From IMG/VR virus record IMGVR_UViG_3300002920_000062, positions 6,123-70,122 of that record: a stretch of DNA of 64,000 bases, one strand, 5' to 3'. Of the stretch, positions 9,604-19,854 are shown one piece after another. Within the stretch, counting starts at the first letter, position 1. Each line of letters begins with the position of its first letter. A program made the translations under genes and the position numbers. The notes below the pieces were generated by a model. That model did no database searches and had not been told where the DNA came from. It saw nothing but the letters and a program-made list of their open reading frames with translations. This stretch comes from a virus.

Positions 9604-10099
9604 TTTAACTTTATACCCCTACGATATTAACTACCGGAGTTTCTCTTGCTGAAGAATTTCTGATATAAGATTCTACGAACAGGCGAGCATCTTCAATATG
9701 TTCAAAGGTGCGAGCAATACCCGTTTCTCTGTCAGAATCATATGTAATAGATACTACAAACATATTCAATTCTCCTATTGTTTTATTTGGTGATCAAAAG
9801 ATGTTTAATTACAATAGCTCATCCACACTATTAAGATATAAACCGCTCCCGACAATTTGTTTTTGTGTACCTAACATTTCACAATGGTTTCAAAGCCATT
9901 ATGTGAATAGTGGATAACGTGAAGTTGATAATTAACAATAACACTACTTGATAGATTAGTCAACAATTTTTTACTTCTTCATCATGATTGTTTGTTCCGA
10001 GAATTTTGGTTACGAACTATATAAACTCACAAATCAACATCCTGAGGCTACTATCTTAATTGAAAAACGGGAGACGTAAAATCTCAGTAAGTTTATGCT

Positions 10100-10469
10100 T
10101 TATCCGGTTAAAATAAAGGCCTTCAAACTTTTGATATCATCAACAATATTATCTTCACTGATTGTGCCGAACCCAAGACAGGTAGGTAGTTGGGAAATTA
10201 AACACAGTAAAACTGGCCTCAGTAACTGAATGTGTGGCGACTATATGATTGTACTTCTCTTGGAGCTCTTTAAGCTGTTCAACAGTATTAATCTTATAAA
10301 CCCTATCAGATAGATATGCTTCTACAGCTTATGGGGTTTCAGTAAGAGCCTTGGGCAAGGTATGGGTATACTCATGGCCAGCCTGGGCACACTTTTTACC
10401 CCTGTTACCTTTCATTTTATCTACGCTTTCTTTGGCAAAGATACAATACATCTTATGCTTTATCTTCAA
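10100..10469 (-). pseudogene. pth2: Peptidyl-tRNA hydrolase Pth2 pseudogene
   Basis: KMYCIFAKESVDKMKGNRGKKCAQAGH..(in-frame TAA)..VEQLKELQEKY..VTEASFTVF.(frameshift).CLGFG..DDIKSLK follows the Pth2 motif order. Confidence 0.75.
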
Positions 10470-10881
10470 AGCCAAAAACAGCAAGCTTGTAATTATTCAT
10501 TATCTATTCCTAAATTTTCTAGTATTATACTTGACATTATGGTTTCTGTCCCATGCTTCTTGCGTATATGCTGGGCCATATTTGGCTAACAGCTTGTCTT
10601 TTTCATTGCTGTCAAGACTAATCCATTCTAGATGCGAAAAACGTTGCCCGTTTTTAGCTAATATCATGTTTGACATAGTAACATCTCCTTTAAATTATTT
10701 TTGTATTTCCAAATTTGATTAATTCTTCTATCAAATCTAATTTAATTACTTACCATATTTATCCTTAAAATTAAATTTAAGGTTATCATATGGCATGTTG
10801 GGTATTTAGCAAATTTCAGGATAGTTATCCCTAAGTTGGTAACATTGCTGTATTACATTTGCGATGTAGTGTCAAGGGTTA

Positions 10882-12099
10882 TTAGCCCTTGACACAAACC
10901 ACTTGCTTAAGAGTGTGGATAATATCAACCAAGTCTGCCTGAGCGACCATTACTTGATCAATGTCCTTGTAGGCAAGGGGAGTTTCGTCGATGACTCCCT
11001 CATCCTTCCTGCATTCAACACCCTGAGTAGCAGCAACATGGTCCTTCAAAGTAAACCTACGTTTTGCTTCTTCTCGGCTCATGGCACGACCTGCACCGTG
11101 TGAGCAAGAACAAAACGACTCATGGTTACCCTTGCCACGAACAATGTACGAACGAGTGCCCATTGAACCAGGGATTATCCCAAGCTCGTTCAACTGAGCC
11201 GATACCGGACCCTTACGGGTAACTAGGATATCCTCACCAAAATGCTTTTCCTTAGAAACATAGTTGTGATGACACTGAACAGCAAGAAGTTCGGTATGGA
11301 ACGGCTTAGAAATGACACTTCTAATAGCATCAATTGCTGCTTCCATCATAACCTCACGATTACTCTGGGCAAAATCTTGTGCCCATAAGACTGCTTGCAT
11401 GTAATCGTTAAAGTGGTCGGTTCCTTCAGGAATATAAGCGAGGTCGATGTCAGGAAGATTTATGAACCACTTACGCATATCCTGTTTAGCCAATTCAATG
11501 AAATAACTACCGATCCTGTTGCCGATACCACGAGAACCAGAATGAAGCATGATCCAAACATAATCTTCTTCGTCAAGACACACTTCAACAAAGTGATTAC
11601 CTGAACCAAGAGTTCCAAAGTGGTTTATTGACCTTTCTGCGGCCGACTTAATCTTGGGGTGCTTGTCAATAATATCCTTCAAGTTTTTTTCATGAGCCGC
11701 AAACTTTACAATAACACTTTCAGCGGGATTAGTCCAAGCTCCCCTGTCATTCTTCCCGCCATTATCAGTCCGTCCATGAGGAATTCTAGACTCAATTACA
11801 GAACGAATACCAAAAAGGTTATCGGGCAGATCTTCTGCACGAAGGCTAGTGCGGCGAGCCATCATTCCGCAACCGATATCTACTCCAACTGCTGCCGGAA
11901 TCACAGCGCCGATCGTCGGGATTACTGAACCCACAGTAGCTTCCATACCCCAGTGTACATCTGGCATAATAGCTACATGTTTATAAATAAACGGCATAGC
12001 GGCAATATTGTCAAGCTGATGACAAGCTTCCCGTTCAACCTGAACGCCGTCTACCCATGCTTTAATAAGCCCGCCCTTACTTCCTCTAATAACCTGCAT
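10882..12099 (-). CDS. rtcB: RtcB RNA 2',3'-cyclic phosphate/5'-OH ligase
   Basis: MPDVH, VGVDIGCG, GTLGSGNHF, HSGSRG, HHNY, PGSMG and SHGAGR motifs; likely start MQVIRG at 12099. Confidence 0.96.
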   Translation of the reverse strand: MQVIRGSKGGLIKAWVDGVQVEREACHQLDNIAAMPFIYKHVAIMPDVHWGMEATVGSVIPTIGAVIPAAVGVDIGCGMMARRTSLRAEDLPDNLFGIRSVIESRIPHGRTDNGGKNDRGAWTNPAESVIVKFAAHEKNLKDIIDKHPKIKSAAERSINHFGTLGSGNHFVEVCLDEEDYVWIMLHSGSRGIGNRIGSYFIELAKQDMRKWFINLPDIDLAYIPEGTDHFNDYMQAVLWAQDFAQSNREVMMEAAIDAIRSVISKPFHTELLAVQCHHNYVSKEKHFGEDILVTRKGPVSAQLNELGIIPGSMGTRSYIVRGKGNHESFCSCSHGAGRAMSREEAKRRFTLKDHVAATQGVECRKDEGVIDETPLAYKDIDQVMVAQADLVDIIHTLKQVVCVKG

Positions 12100-12132
12100 A
12101 ATTACTTCCTTACTATGTACCTTGTTTATAGC

Positions 12133-12239
12133 AGAATGGGTGAGTTTTGACAACACGGCTATTCAAAATATTTGGTACAGTGTGTTCTCTATACACTTTT
12201 GAATAAACTTGCTGTTTTATTTGAAGCTCAAACCATTCC
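12133..12239 (-). promoter_or_regulatory. Long stem-loop in rtcB leader
   Basis: Nested helices GAAUGG/CCAUUC, UGAG/CUCA, UAUUCAAAA/UUUUGAAUA. Confidence 0.5.
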
Positions 12240-13049
12240 CCTAGCAAACAATGCTACTAGCACTACGCATACTGAACTTCATAATCTCTGACATAACTTG
12301 GGCTTTTTATTCTTTTATATACTCTGAGCCACACTAACTGACCAGGCTTGTAGTAGTTTCATTAATCAAATAGGCTGAAAATTAAACCCGATAATTGGGG
12401 ATATAAATGTAAGGTAGAGGGAATAGCTGATCACTATCATATAGATTGCTACATTACTCTGGACAATAATAACATCTCCTCACTTAGCTTCAAACATAGA
12501 CCAGCCGATGTATCTACTAGGCTAAGGGGGGGTCAGTTTCGAGGCAATCCTTTATATTTTTGTGGATGATCTGGGGATCAAACCCAGTAGCATGACTAGA
12601 ATCGACTGTATTTTCGCTATTCGTCTTTCAAGTCATGACTGCCTAAGACAGCCAACTAGGTTATAACCGACATTAAAAAATATATCTGCACAAATAAAAG
12701 TTGTCTTTTAGATGCTCTTTTTCTACCAAGACATAGTTCTCAATGTCTTCCTGCCCCTCTTTGCGAATCTTTACAGCAGCTTTCGGTCTACTGTCTACTG
12801 GCATTCTACCAATAATCTCTTTAATGTAAGAATTGGGATACCGATCCTTAAAAGAAAAACTGGGTAATGCTCATATATTTACTCACTATAAAAACTATAC
12901 TCTCGGCAAAGAACTATCCTGTGCAGAATGTCCTAAACTATTCTGTATCCTCTTGCGAGAGTGAGACAAAGAGCTTTGGGGCTTGCTTTGACTTGATTAG
13001 ACTTAGTGGGCCCCTCTGAGATTAGAACCCAGTAGTCTGTCTATTAGTT

Positions 13050-13126
13050 TGGTGCACCTGGTGGGGTTCGAACCCACATGCGCACGGATTAAAAGTCCGC
13101 CGTTCGGCCTATTGAACTACAGGTGC
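13050..13126 (-). tRNA. tRNA-Lys(TTT)
   Basis: Cloverleaf; GCGGA-CTTTTAA-TCCGT; CCA. Confidence 0.92.
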
Positions 13127-13494
13127 ACTAATTCACTAATTGTCACAATATATATTCTACAAATATCTCATTGTCAACTGATTTTTGATGTCAGGCTATT
13201 TTACTCGTGTTATCCAACTTAAATTTTCAGGGAACTTATTGTGCCTTTTGTTATTTTCTACAATTCTAGTATCATAATAGATTTGAACTTATTTGTTTCA
13301 TCAAAAACATCTATTCAAGTAGCGAGAAGCAGCGCACCTAGCAATATCTAGCAATTTACGAAACGCCATTCGGGCTTCTCGTCACTTGATATGTCATATA
13401 TACAATATTTCTTGCTACATGTCAACCCTTAAAATCAAACTTAGAAGCATCCCAAACTATAATTATACCTCAGTTGGTGTTTGGTGAGAAAGTT

Positions 13495-13662
13495 TCAGTC
13501 CTCATACAGAAATTCTTCACTGAGGTTGTTGAAGGCTCGGCGCTGCTTGCGGCGAGTAATCTGCTTAATACCACGCTTATCACAGTTCCAGTATTCATCC
13601 CAGCGATCATTAATATCATAATCAGCAAAGGCTTGATGGTTCTTGCGATAGGTACGTGCCAT
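13495..13662 (-). CDS. Small basic hypothetical protein
   Basis: MARTYRKN start after AGGAG. Confidence 0.55.
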   Translation of the reverse strand: MARTYRKNHQAFADYDINDRWDEYWNCDKRGIKQITRRKQRRAFNNLSEEFLYED

Positions 13663-13762
13663 TGTAAATACTCCTAAAAAGATGTAGTCAGATAGTTGTG
13701 TGAGTAGCATCAAGATGCGATAAACTTAATCATCTATCATCTGTCTTCTACTTACAATCTTT

Positions 13763-13789
13763 CATAGCAGTTTGGGTAAACACTGTCAA
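13763..13789 (-). promoter_or_regulatory. Early sigma70-type promoter with TACCCAAA spacer motif
   Basis: TTGACAgtgttTACCCAAActGCTATG; related copies at ~39168-39195, ~39805-39832 and ~47945-47971. Confidence 0.65.
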
Positions 13790-13797
13790 TAGAAAAA

Positions 13798-14316
13798 TCA
13801 GATTTTGTATCTTTTCCTAATTTCAATAAACGCTTCCATATTTCCCTTAGCATCATCAAGCGGATTATGGGTGTGTTTAGTCTTTCTAAAATTTTTCCAC
13901 TCAGACTGTATATAAAGGTTATTGTTTAACCCTGCATACAAATCACCAATTCGTCTAGCACTATGACCGAAAGGATTCTTTATATTGTTAGAGTTAAAAA
14001 GCCAATTAATCCACTGCCAGTCAAACGCTGGGTTGTCTGACCAAAATGTCGGGAAATTTTTGAACTGACTAAGCCATTGTTGAAAACGATACGCTTCATT
14101 ACTGAAAGAACCAGTATAAGATAAATGTTCTTCGCGAGTGATACCTATTACAGTATATGCATCGGGATCAAACTTATCAAACATGGGTGCAAACTTGTCT
14201 GAGACAAATGTTTCCCCCGTTTCTGCAATTGCAGCAAAGTTGATCAGATCACCAGATATAGGGCAGGGACCTGATGCTTCACAATCAACAATAATGTTTA
14301 TGGTTTTTCCTTCCAA
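13798..14316 (-). CDS. DEDD 3'-5' exonuclease (Rv2179c-like exoribonuclease)
   Basis: IVDCEASGP, DNPAFDW, HTHNPLDDA. Confidence 0.85.
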   Translation of the reverse strand: MEGKTINIIVDCEASGPCPISGDLINFAAIAETGETFVSDKFAPMFDKFDPDAYTVIGITREEHLSYTGSFSNEAYRFQQWLSQFKNFPTFWSDNPAFDWQWINWLFNSNNIKNPFGHSARRIGDLYAGLNNNLYIQSEWKNFRKTKHTHNPLDDAKGNMEAFIEIRKRYKI

Positions 14317-14672
14317 ATATTTACCTCTTCGCTATAGTATCCGTTGGACTCGCCCAAGAACCGAACTGTGACATAACCCTTAAACGTGGCAAATGAATAA
14401 AAAGTCCAAGTATAGCTTTCGCTATTACGCTCGGGGGCATTATTTACGTTGCTATCATGTCTAGCAACAAGCAAGGGAATTCCTTCCAAGTCACTCAAAT
14501 CACCGATTGTTTCTTCAACAAACACTGATTCGCAACATTCTTGATTATGACCAAACACATATCTGTTCTGTTCATTTTCAAATACAAGTCTTTCATTATC
14601 ATAGATAAGCTTTACCTTAGTAAAAATCTGGCCTACCATTTCGTCTAACAAATTTTGATACCTATATTCCAT
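14298..14672 (-). CDS. Conserved phage hypothetical protein
   Basis: HNQECCESV..SYTWTFY..GESNGYYSE motif; overlaps neighbour. Confidence 0.75.
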   Translation of the reverse strand: MEYRYQNLLDEMVGQIFTKVKLIYDNERLVFENEQNRYVFGHNQECCESVFVEETIGDLSDLEGIPLLVARHDSNVNNAPERNSESYTWTFYSFATFKGYVTVRFLGESNGYYSEEVNIWKEKP

Positions 14673-14673
14673 A

Positions 14674-15153
14674 TCAGAACTTTTTTCCTAATTGTTTCAA
14701 AGCACGATCATAATGCTTCTGCTTGATACCAAGGCCGTCCTCAATCAAAATCAAGTTAGGTAAATCAGAAAAATTTCTGTCATCAAAACACACCCAATTG
14801 TCAACATAATAATGTGTTGCTAACCAAATATCAATAGCATATAGCCTACCAATTCCACGAACTGTGCTATTAATTTGCTTATAGTCTATGTTAGGAAAGA
14901 TAGTTCTCCAGTCATCATGAAAATATTCTTCTTTAATTCCCCACTTGACCAAATCTTCTTTTAGTGTCCCATCTTTGTAGTCATTGTAATTATGCATACT
15001 GTTGGTAACAATTTTTGCGTTAGTTTGTTCGCATAATTCATTTAGCCTTAGAATTGCTTCATAATTATGCACTAACCTAAATATACTATCGTAAGTAGGA
15101 ACATTGATGGGAATGACTGGCCCATCAATGTCTAAAAAGATGATCTTATTCAC
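14674..15153 (-). CDS. HAD phosphatase (Swiss-Army-Knife RNA-repair type)
   Basis: KIIFLDIDGP, AKIVTNS, WVCFDD. Confidence 0.8.
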   Translation of the reverse strand: MNKIIFLDIDGPVIPINVPTYDSIFRLVHNYEAILRLNELCEQTNAKIVTNSMHNYNDYKDGTLKEDLVKWGIKEEYFHDDWRTIFPNIDYKQINSTVRGIGRLYAIDIWLATHYYVDNWVCFDDRNFSDLPNLILIEDGLGIKQKHYDRALKQLGKKF

Positions 15154-16027
15154 TTGTTAACTTATTCACTAATTCTATAAATCTATCTTTCTGATAAAGC
15201 TTTTCAAGCCATTCAATGGGAATGTTCTTCATACCATAAAAAGCCCCAGCAATCTGTCCTGTTACGGCTGCAACTGTGTCTGCATCTCCGCCGAGGTTTG
15301 TAGCAAGAAGTATTGCATCCTTGAAGTTATTCGTGTGCCTAAATGACCACAATGCAGCGTGAAGAGTATCAATTACGTAACCTGAACTGGATACTTCATC
15401 ACGGCTTACGTCAAGTGTATTCATGATATTCTTGACACTTTCAAGAGTTACTACAACATGTGTGTTGAAAACTTGATCCTTGGTAGTTGCTGTAAATGCA
15501 TTAAGAAGAATGTTAGTTAGCAACATACATGATTCAATGCATTCATCAGATGCATGTGTTGTTTTACTTTGTATAACAGCATCAAAATAAGCCTGATCAG
15601 GATTATTGTGATGCTTGATTGCAACAGGTGCCAATCGCATAATAGAACCATTCCCCGAGTATCGGGAATTTGAGTTATTAACTACACTACCACTGATTTT
15701 CCAATTTAAAATGGCCACATAAGTGTTATGACCAATATCAAAACAATAGCCTGTTGAACTATTCGTTCCTTTATAAAACCAATCACTGAAACGTTGAAGA
15801 AGGTCTGTTTCTTCTACCTTGCCATGCGCAATAATGTTTTCAGCAAGACAAAGTGCCATGCTTGTATCGTCAGTAAAGTAGCCTGCAGGAAGATTGAAGG
15901 GACCCTTGCCCACCATATCAGATACTGGTTCAAATGTGTCTCTATCACAAAACTCAACCGTGGTCCCCACAGCATCACCAATTGCCAGGCCCAAAAATGA
16001 ACCATATAACTTATCTTTGTCTATCAT
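15146..16027 (-). CDS. ADP-ribosylglycohydrolase (DraG/ARH family)
   Basis: GLAIGDAVG, FTDDTSM, FDIG, GNGSIMR, GGDADTVAAV; likely start MIDKDK at 16027. Confidence 0.95.
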   Translation of the reverse strand: MIDKDKLYGSFLGLAIGDAVGTTVEFCDRDTFEPVSDMVGKGPFNLPAGYFTDDTSMALCLAENIIAHGKVEETDLLQRFSDWFYKGTNSSTGYCFDIGHNTYVAILNWKISGSVVNNSNSRYSGNGSIMRLAPVAIKHHNNPDQAYFDAVIQSKTTHASDECIESCMLLTNILLNAFTATTKDQVFNTHVVVTLESVKNIMNTLDVSRDEVSSSGYVIDTLHAALWSFRHTNNFKDAILLATNLGGDADTVAAVTGQIAGAFYGMKNIPIEWLEKLYQKDRFIELVNKLTSE

Positions 16028-16070
16028 ATAACATCCTTTCACGATGTTATACAATTATTTTGTTACAATG

Positions 16071-19000
16071 TCAAGACAATTTTTTAACTTCGTCTGCACC
16101 TACTGTTATAAGGTTCTTGGCTTGGTCAGAGAGGTCATACACTAATAAAACTTCTCGGTCCTTTGTCATATGTTTTACTTTGTATTTTTTTCCCGCGTAC
16201 TGAGGGTATTTTACAATATCTACCTCGACAATGTCGCCTATTTCAATCTTACTAAAAGTAGGATTAATTGAAGTATTTGTTTCTATCTTGGTAAGTGAAG
16301 AAAGCTCAATTGTGGTGGGATTTTCTGGGCCGTCAGGAGGAATAACAACGTCAGCAAACGTATCACCCACTGCCTGCACTATGCCTATCTTTCCAAATAG
16401 CTTAGACCAAGATGATTTTACCTTAACTTTATCTCCGACTTGTATTTTATCTGCGTGGATAGGTTGAGGAATATCTTTATCAGGAATTCTTTTAACGCTG
16501 GTGTTATTAAAGATAATAGTATCTTTAGTGCCAATCAGTTTAACATATAACATCGAATTTTTTGTATCTACAATAACGCCAGTTTTACCGAATAAAGAAA
16601 GCTTTGGGTTGATTACCTCTATCTTTTCGCCCACTTTATACATTGGTATCTTAGACAGTTGAGTAGTATCAAAGGAAAACTCTTTACCAAATTTATCTCC
16701 CTCAAGTATTTTTACTAAGAGAGGGTCGCTATTAGTAACCATTCCCAATGTACCGTTTGCTACAATTGGGCTTTTATTAAATTCTACGATGTCGCCGTAT
16801 TTGAAATCATTTTTTTGTTTTACTACTAATTCAAGTTCGTCTTGATCAAAATGTATATCACTATGTGCATCAGAAAACTTAACGCCGTACCCCAATTCCT
16901 TTTTAGGTATAAATGTTACTTTACCGATTTTACCGAAATACACACTATCTGGTTCAATTACTTTTACAGTATCACCAATTTGAAACTTTTGTCCAGGTAT
17001 AGGCTCTTTGGTTTTGATTTTTTCAATTTGATCTTTAGTTACGTAAAATTCTACCTGTGAAGTTTTCTCTTTTACATCAAAATTACCGTCAACCCAAACA
17101 AAGTCAATGTACCCTTCTTTACCGTAGAATTTATGCGACGGGTCAACTACCTTAACTTTATCACCAACTTTAAACTTGTCTTTGCTAAAACTATCTATTT
17201 TTTTCAAGTAGGATTTATCAGGAACAGTAATAATTTTTGAAGTTCCTTCCACTTTTATGTAAATCAAATCAAATGTTGATATATATTCAATTGTGCCCTT
17301 AGTTCCTTTTGCTGCGTCATGTACTGATTTGATTAATTCTACCTTATCTCCTTCTACAGGGTTAAAAGTATTAGACGCTTCTTCTGGATCTTCTTTTTTT
17401 CCATTGTTGGCTACTAGCTCTAACTCTTTTTCTTTATATGCCAATACTCCTTGGGGAGTACTGACTTTAATGAACGAACCATCATTATCAACAACTTCCC
17501 CCTCGAACCCGGTTAAACCACCAGAGATTATCTTTACCTTATCGCCTATCTTAAACTTTTTAGTAGATTCTATAGTAATATCATTGGGTGTTGCTATAAT
17601 AGTCTTTCCACTTTCAGTGTATAATTCCACGGCAAACACGGCAAGATTATCGTCTTTAGTATATGTGAATCCACGAACTACCAAATTGCCATCATCTGAA
17701 CCCAATTCGTCATTATTGACAATTACTTTATCTCCAATGTTAATTGCAGTACCTTTGCTATCTTTTATTATTTTGGGTTCAACATCATAAACTGTTGTTT
17801 TAAGTGTATTACCCGTGTAAAACTGTATAATGATGTCGTCATCTTCTTTGTCTATTACCACACCCCTCGAGCCGGTAGCTCCACCTTTTATAACTTTTAC
17901 TACGCTGCCAACTACTATGTCTATTTTATTATGAGTTGCTTCTTGATTGTGCTTGAACAGGTGTTTTAGGCTAATATATTGGTATTTGGTATTTTCTCCC
18001 ACTAATTGAACACCAGCTTGACCACTGTTTTGTACCGAAATAATCACACCAATCTTGCCATCATACTCAGATCCTTCTTTCTTTATGAGAACAGTGTCGC
18101 CGGATGCGATCGGTTCTTTGATTTTGTCCTTATTCTCACTTTTAAATCCAATCTGAGTGGGCTTAAAAATAAAGTTTATGAATGACTTGTCAATACGTAC
18201 ATCATAACTCACTGTGTCATAAGTAAAGACATATACTATAGTTCCTGTAAGTTGATAGAATGGGCTATCTGGGTCAATGATTACTACTCTATCATTTACT
18301 TGGAACATAGAAATTTTTAGTTCCTCATATTTTTTTTTAGTTTCGGGGGTGCTTTTTACTAGTTCAAAATTATAAAAATAGTAGGACTTGTCGTTCGGCT
18401 TGTCAAATTTGACACCAACAATGGATTCATTATCTTTTATTTCAATGACTTCTCCTTCATAACCGCGAAGGGCGGAGTTTTTAGAGGTTGGTATTACTTT
18501 ATCGCCTTTTTTCCACTTCCATTGATTTTTGTCAATTACTTCTAAATCATCGAAGGGAATATCGAAAATAATATTGCCGTCAAAACTAGTCTTTACATTA
18601 GCTTGTTGATTTGATACCTCATAAACTATACCAATTTTACCAGAATCACTACCATTGACAATTTTTACTATATCATTAATGAACTTTAATTCTTTTGTGA
18701 GTTTGCCGTATTTTTCAGGAAGTTCAACATCGGTTAGGTCTAAGTCAGAGATGAACTTGCATATGCTTTTAGTATATTTGGCGTTAATAGCATAATATTT
18801 ACTGTTAATATATATTTCATTTTTTGATAAAATTGCACCGTAAATATCATTATCGACAAAATTGAATTTTTGTTTTGGTTTATTGTCCTCATTATATATT
18901 TGTTCTAGCAAAGAACCAACTTTTTTTGGAAGAACCCCCTTTTCAACCAACTTGGCAAGTTTGCGCATATCTTTGTTGTGAGAATAAGAAGTGTCAGTCA

Positions 19001-19790
19001 ATAACAGATTGATTGAGGTTATGTCATCAAACTCTTGTTTTATTTTGTCTCCTTCAGATGCTTCTTTCCAAGTCTTTCTAACAATCTCTATAATTTCTGT
19101 AACCACGTCACTATTGAGAAAGGTAGTCAGATAATTAAAGTCACTTAAAATCAAGTCTTTAATATTTTTGCTATAACAAAAATCGAATCCGTCTACTGGG
19201 AAAATAATATATTCCTCACCATACTTAGAAGCCTGTTTTCTATCACCTGTTGCAAATATTGAGTTGGATCGTCTTGCTTTAATTCCCATTCTTTTCATAT
19301 AATCGTCGGCAAGTTTATTTATAAACTCGTCGCTGTCTTTGGGCAGCCTGTTAGTGTATGGTGTTCCGTAAAAAGCATCTTTCTGGGACCTAATTCCTCT
19401 GAATAAAAAGTTGTTGGAAGTTAGGTCTTTGTTGTTAATCTGCTGATAAACTTTTAAAATCTGGCTGCAATTTTTCTTGATACCTTTGAGTAAATTTTCT
19501 AACTTGATGGGAGTATCACCTTTACCTATTAACCTCTTGTTCAATTCATTATATTCGCGTTCTAACTTTTCTGTAAAGATGGCTATTTTTTCTGCCAATT
19601 GGTTTTGTTCTTTTTGTAACTCAGCCGGCAAAGAAATATTCTTCATGGAAGAAAATGAATGTTGATACTTTTGAATCTTTTCTTTCATTTTTTCAAGCTT
19701 ATTTAATTTAAAAGATAAAGCTTTCTTCTCACCGGGCGCAACTGAACCTTCAGCTAATATACTGTCTAATCGTGCCAACAAGTCTTTCAT
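16071..19790 (-). CDS. 1239-aa protein: ART-like domain plus 14 tandem KOW/SH3-like repeats
   Basis: FLFRG..SIFATG..ASKYG..NEIY domain, then 14 (F/I)xxGDxVxx..GxxGxV units; ILAE/G processing-like site. Confidence 0.75.
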   Translation of the reverse strand: MKDLLARLDSILAEGSVAPGEKKALSFKLNKLEKMKEKIQKYQHSFSSMKNISLPAELQKEQNQLAEKIAIFTEKLEREYNELNKRLIGKGDTPIKLENLLKGIKKNCSQILKVYQQINNKDLTSNNFLFRGIRSQKDAFYGTPYTNRLPKDSDEFINKLADDYMKRMGIKARRSNSIFATGDRKQASKYGEEYIIFPVDGFDFCYSKNIKDLILSDFNYLTTFLNSDVVTEIIEIVRKTWKEASEGDKIKQEFDDITSINLLLTDTSYSHNKDMRKLAKLVEKGVLPKKVGSLLEQIYNEDNKPKQKFNFVDNDIYGAILSKNEIYINSKYYAINAKYTKSICKFISDLDLTDVELPEKYGKLTKELKFINDIVKIVNGSDSGKIGIVYEVSNQQANVKTSFDGNIIFDIPFDDLEVIDKNQWKWKKGDKVIPTSKNSALRGYEGEVIEIKDNESIVGVKFDKPNDKSYYFYNFELVKSTPETKKKYEELKISMFQVNDRVVIIDPDSPFYQLTGTIVYVFTYDTVSYDVRIDKSFINFIFKPTQIGFKSENKDKIKEPIASGDTVLIKKEGSEYDGKIGVIISVQNSGQAGVQLVGENTKYQYISLKHLFKHNQEATHNKIDIVVGSVVKVIKGGATGSRGVVIDKEDDDIIIQFYTGNTLKTTVYDVEPKIIKDSKGTAINIGDKVIVNNDELGSDDGNLVVRGFTYTKDDNLAVFAVELYTESGKTIIATPNDITIESTKKFKIGDKVKIISGGLTGFEGEVVDNDGSFIKVSTPQGVLAYKEKELELVANNGKKEDPEEASNTFNPVEGDKVELIKSVHDAAKGTKGTIEYISTFDLIYIKVEGTSKIITVPDKSYLKKIDSFSKDKFKVGDKVKVVDPSHKFYGKEGYIDFVWVDGNFDVKEKTSQVEFYVTKDQIEKIKTKEPIPGQKFQIGDTVKVIEPDSVYFGKIGKVTFIPKKELGYGVKFSDAHSDIHFDQDELELVVKQKNDFKYGDIVEFNKSPIVANGTLGMVTNSDPLLVKILEGDKFGKEFSFDTTQLSKIPMYKVGEKIEVINPKLSLFGKTGVIVDTKNSMLYVKLIGTKDTIIFNNTSVKRIPDKDIPQPIHADKIQVGDKVKVKSSWSKLFGKIGIVQAVGDTFADVVIPPDGPENPTTIELSSLTKIETNTSINPTFSKIEIGDIVEVDIVKYPQYAGKKYKVKHMTKDREVLLVYDLSDQAKNLITVGADEVKKLS

Positions 19791-19833
19791 AGTTGTTATC
19801 TTTCGGTAAATTTTTCAAGTTTTCTTATGTTGA

Positions 19834-19849
19834 TATTTATGCATAAATA
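19834..19849. promoter_or_regulatory. Palindromic back-to-back late promoters
   Basis: TATTTATGCATAAATA gives ATAAATA on both strands between divergent genes. Confidence 0.7.
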
Positions 19850-19854
19850 ACATT

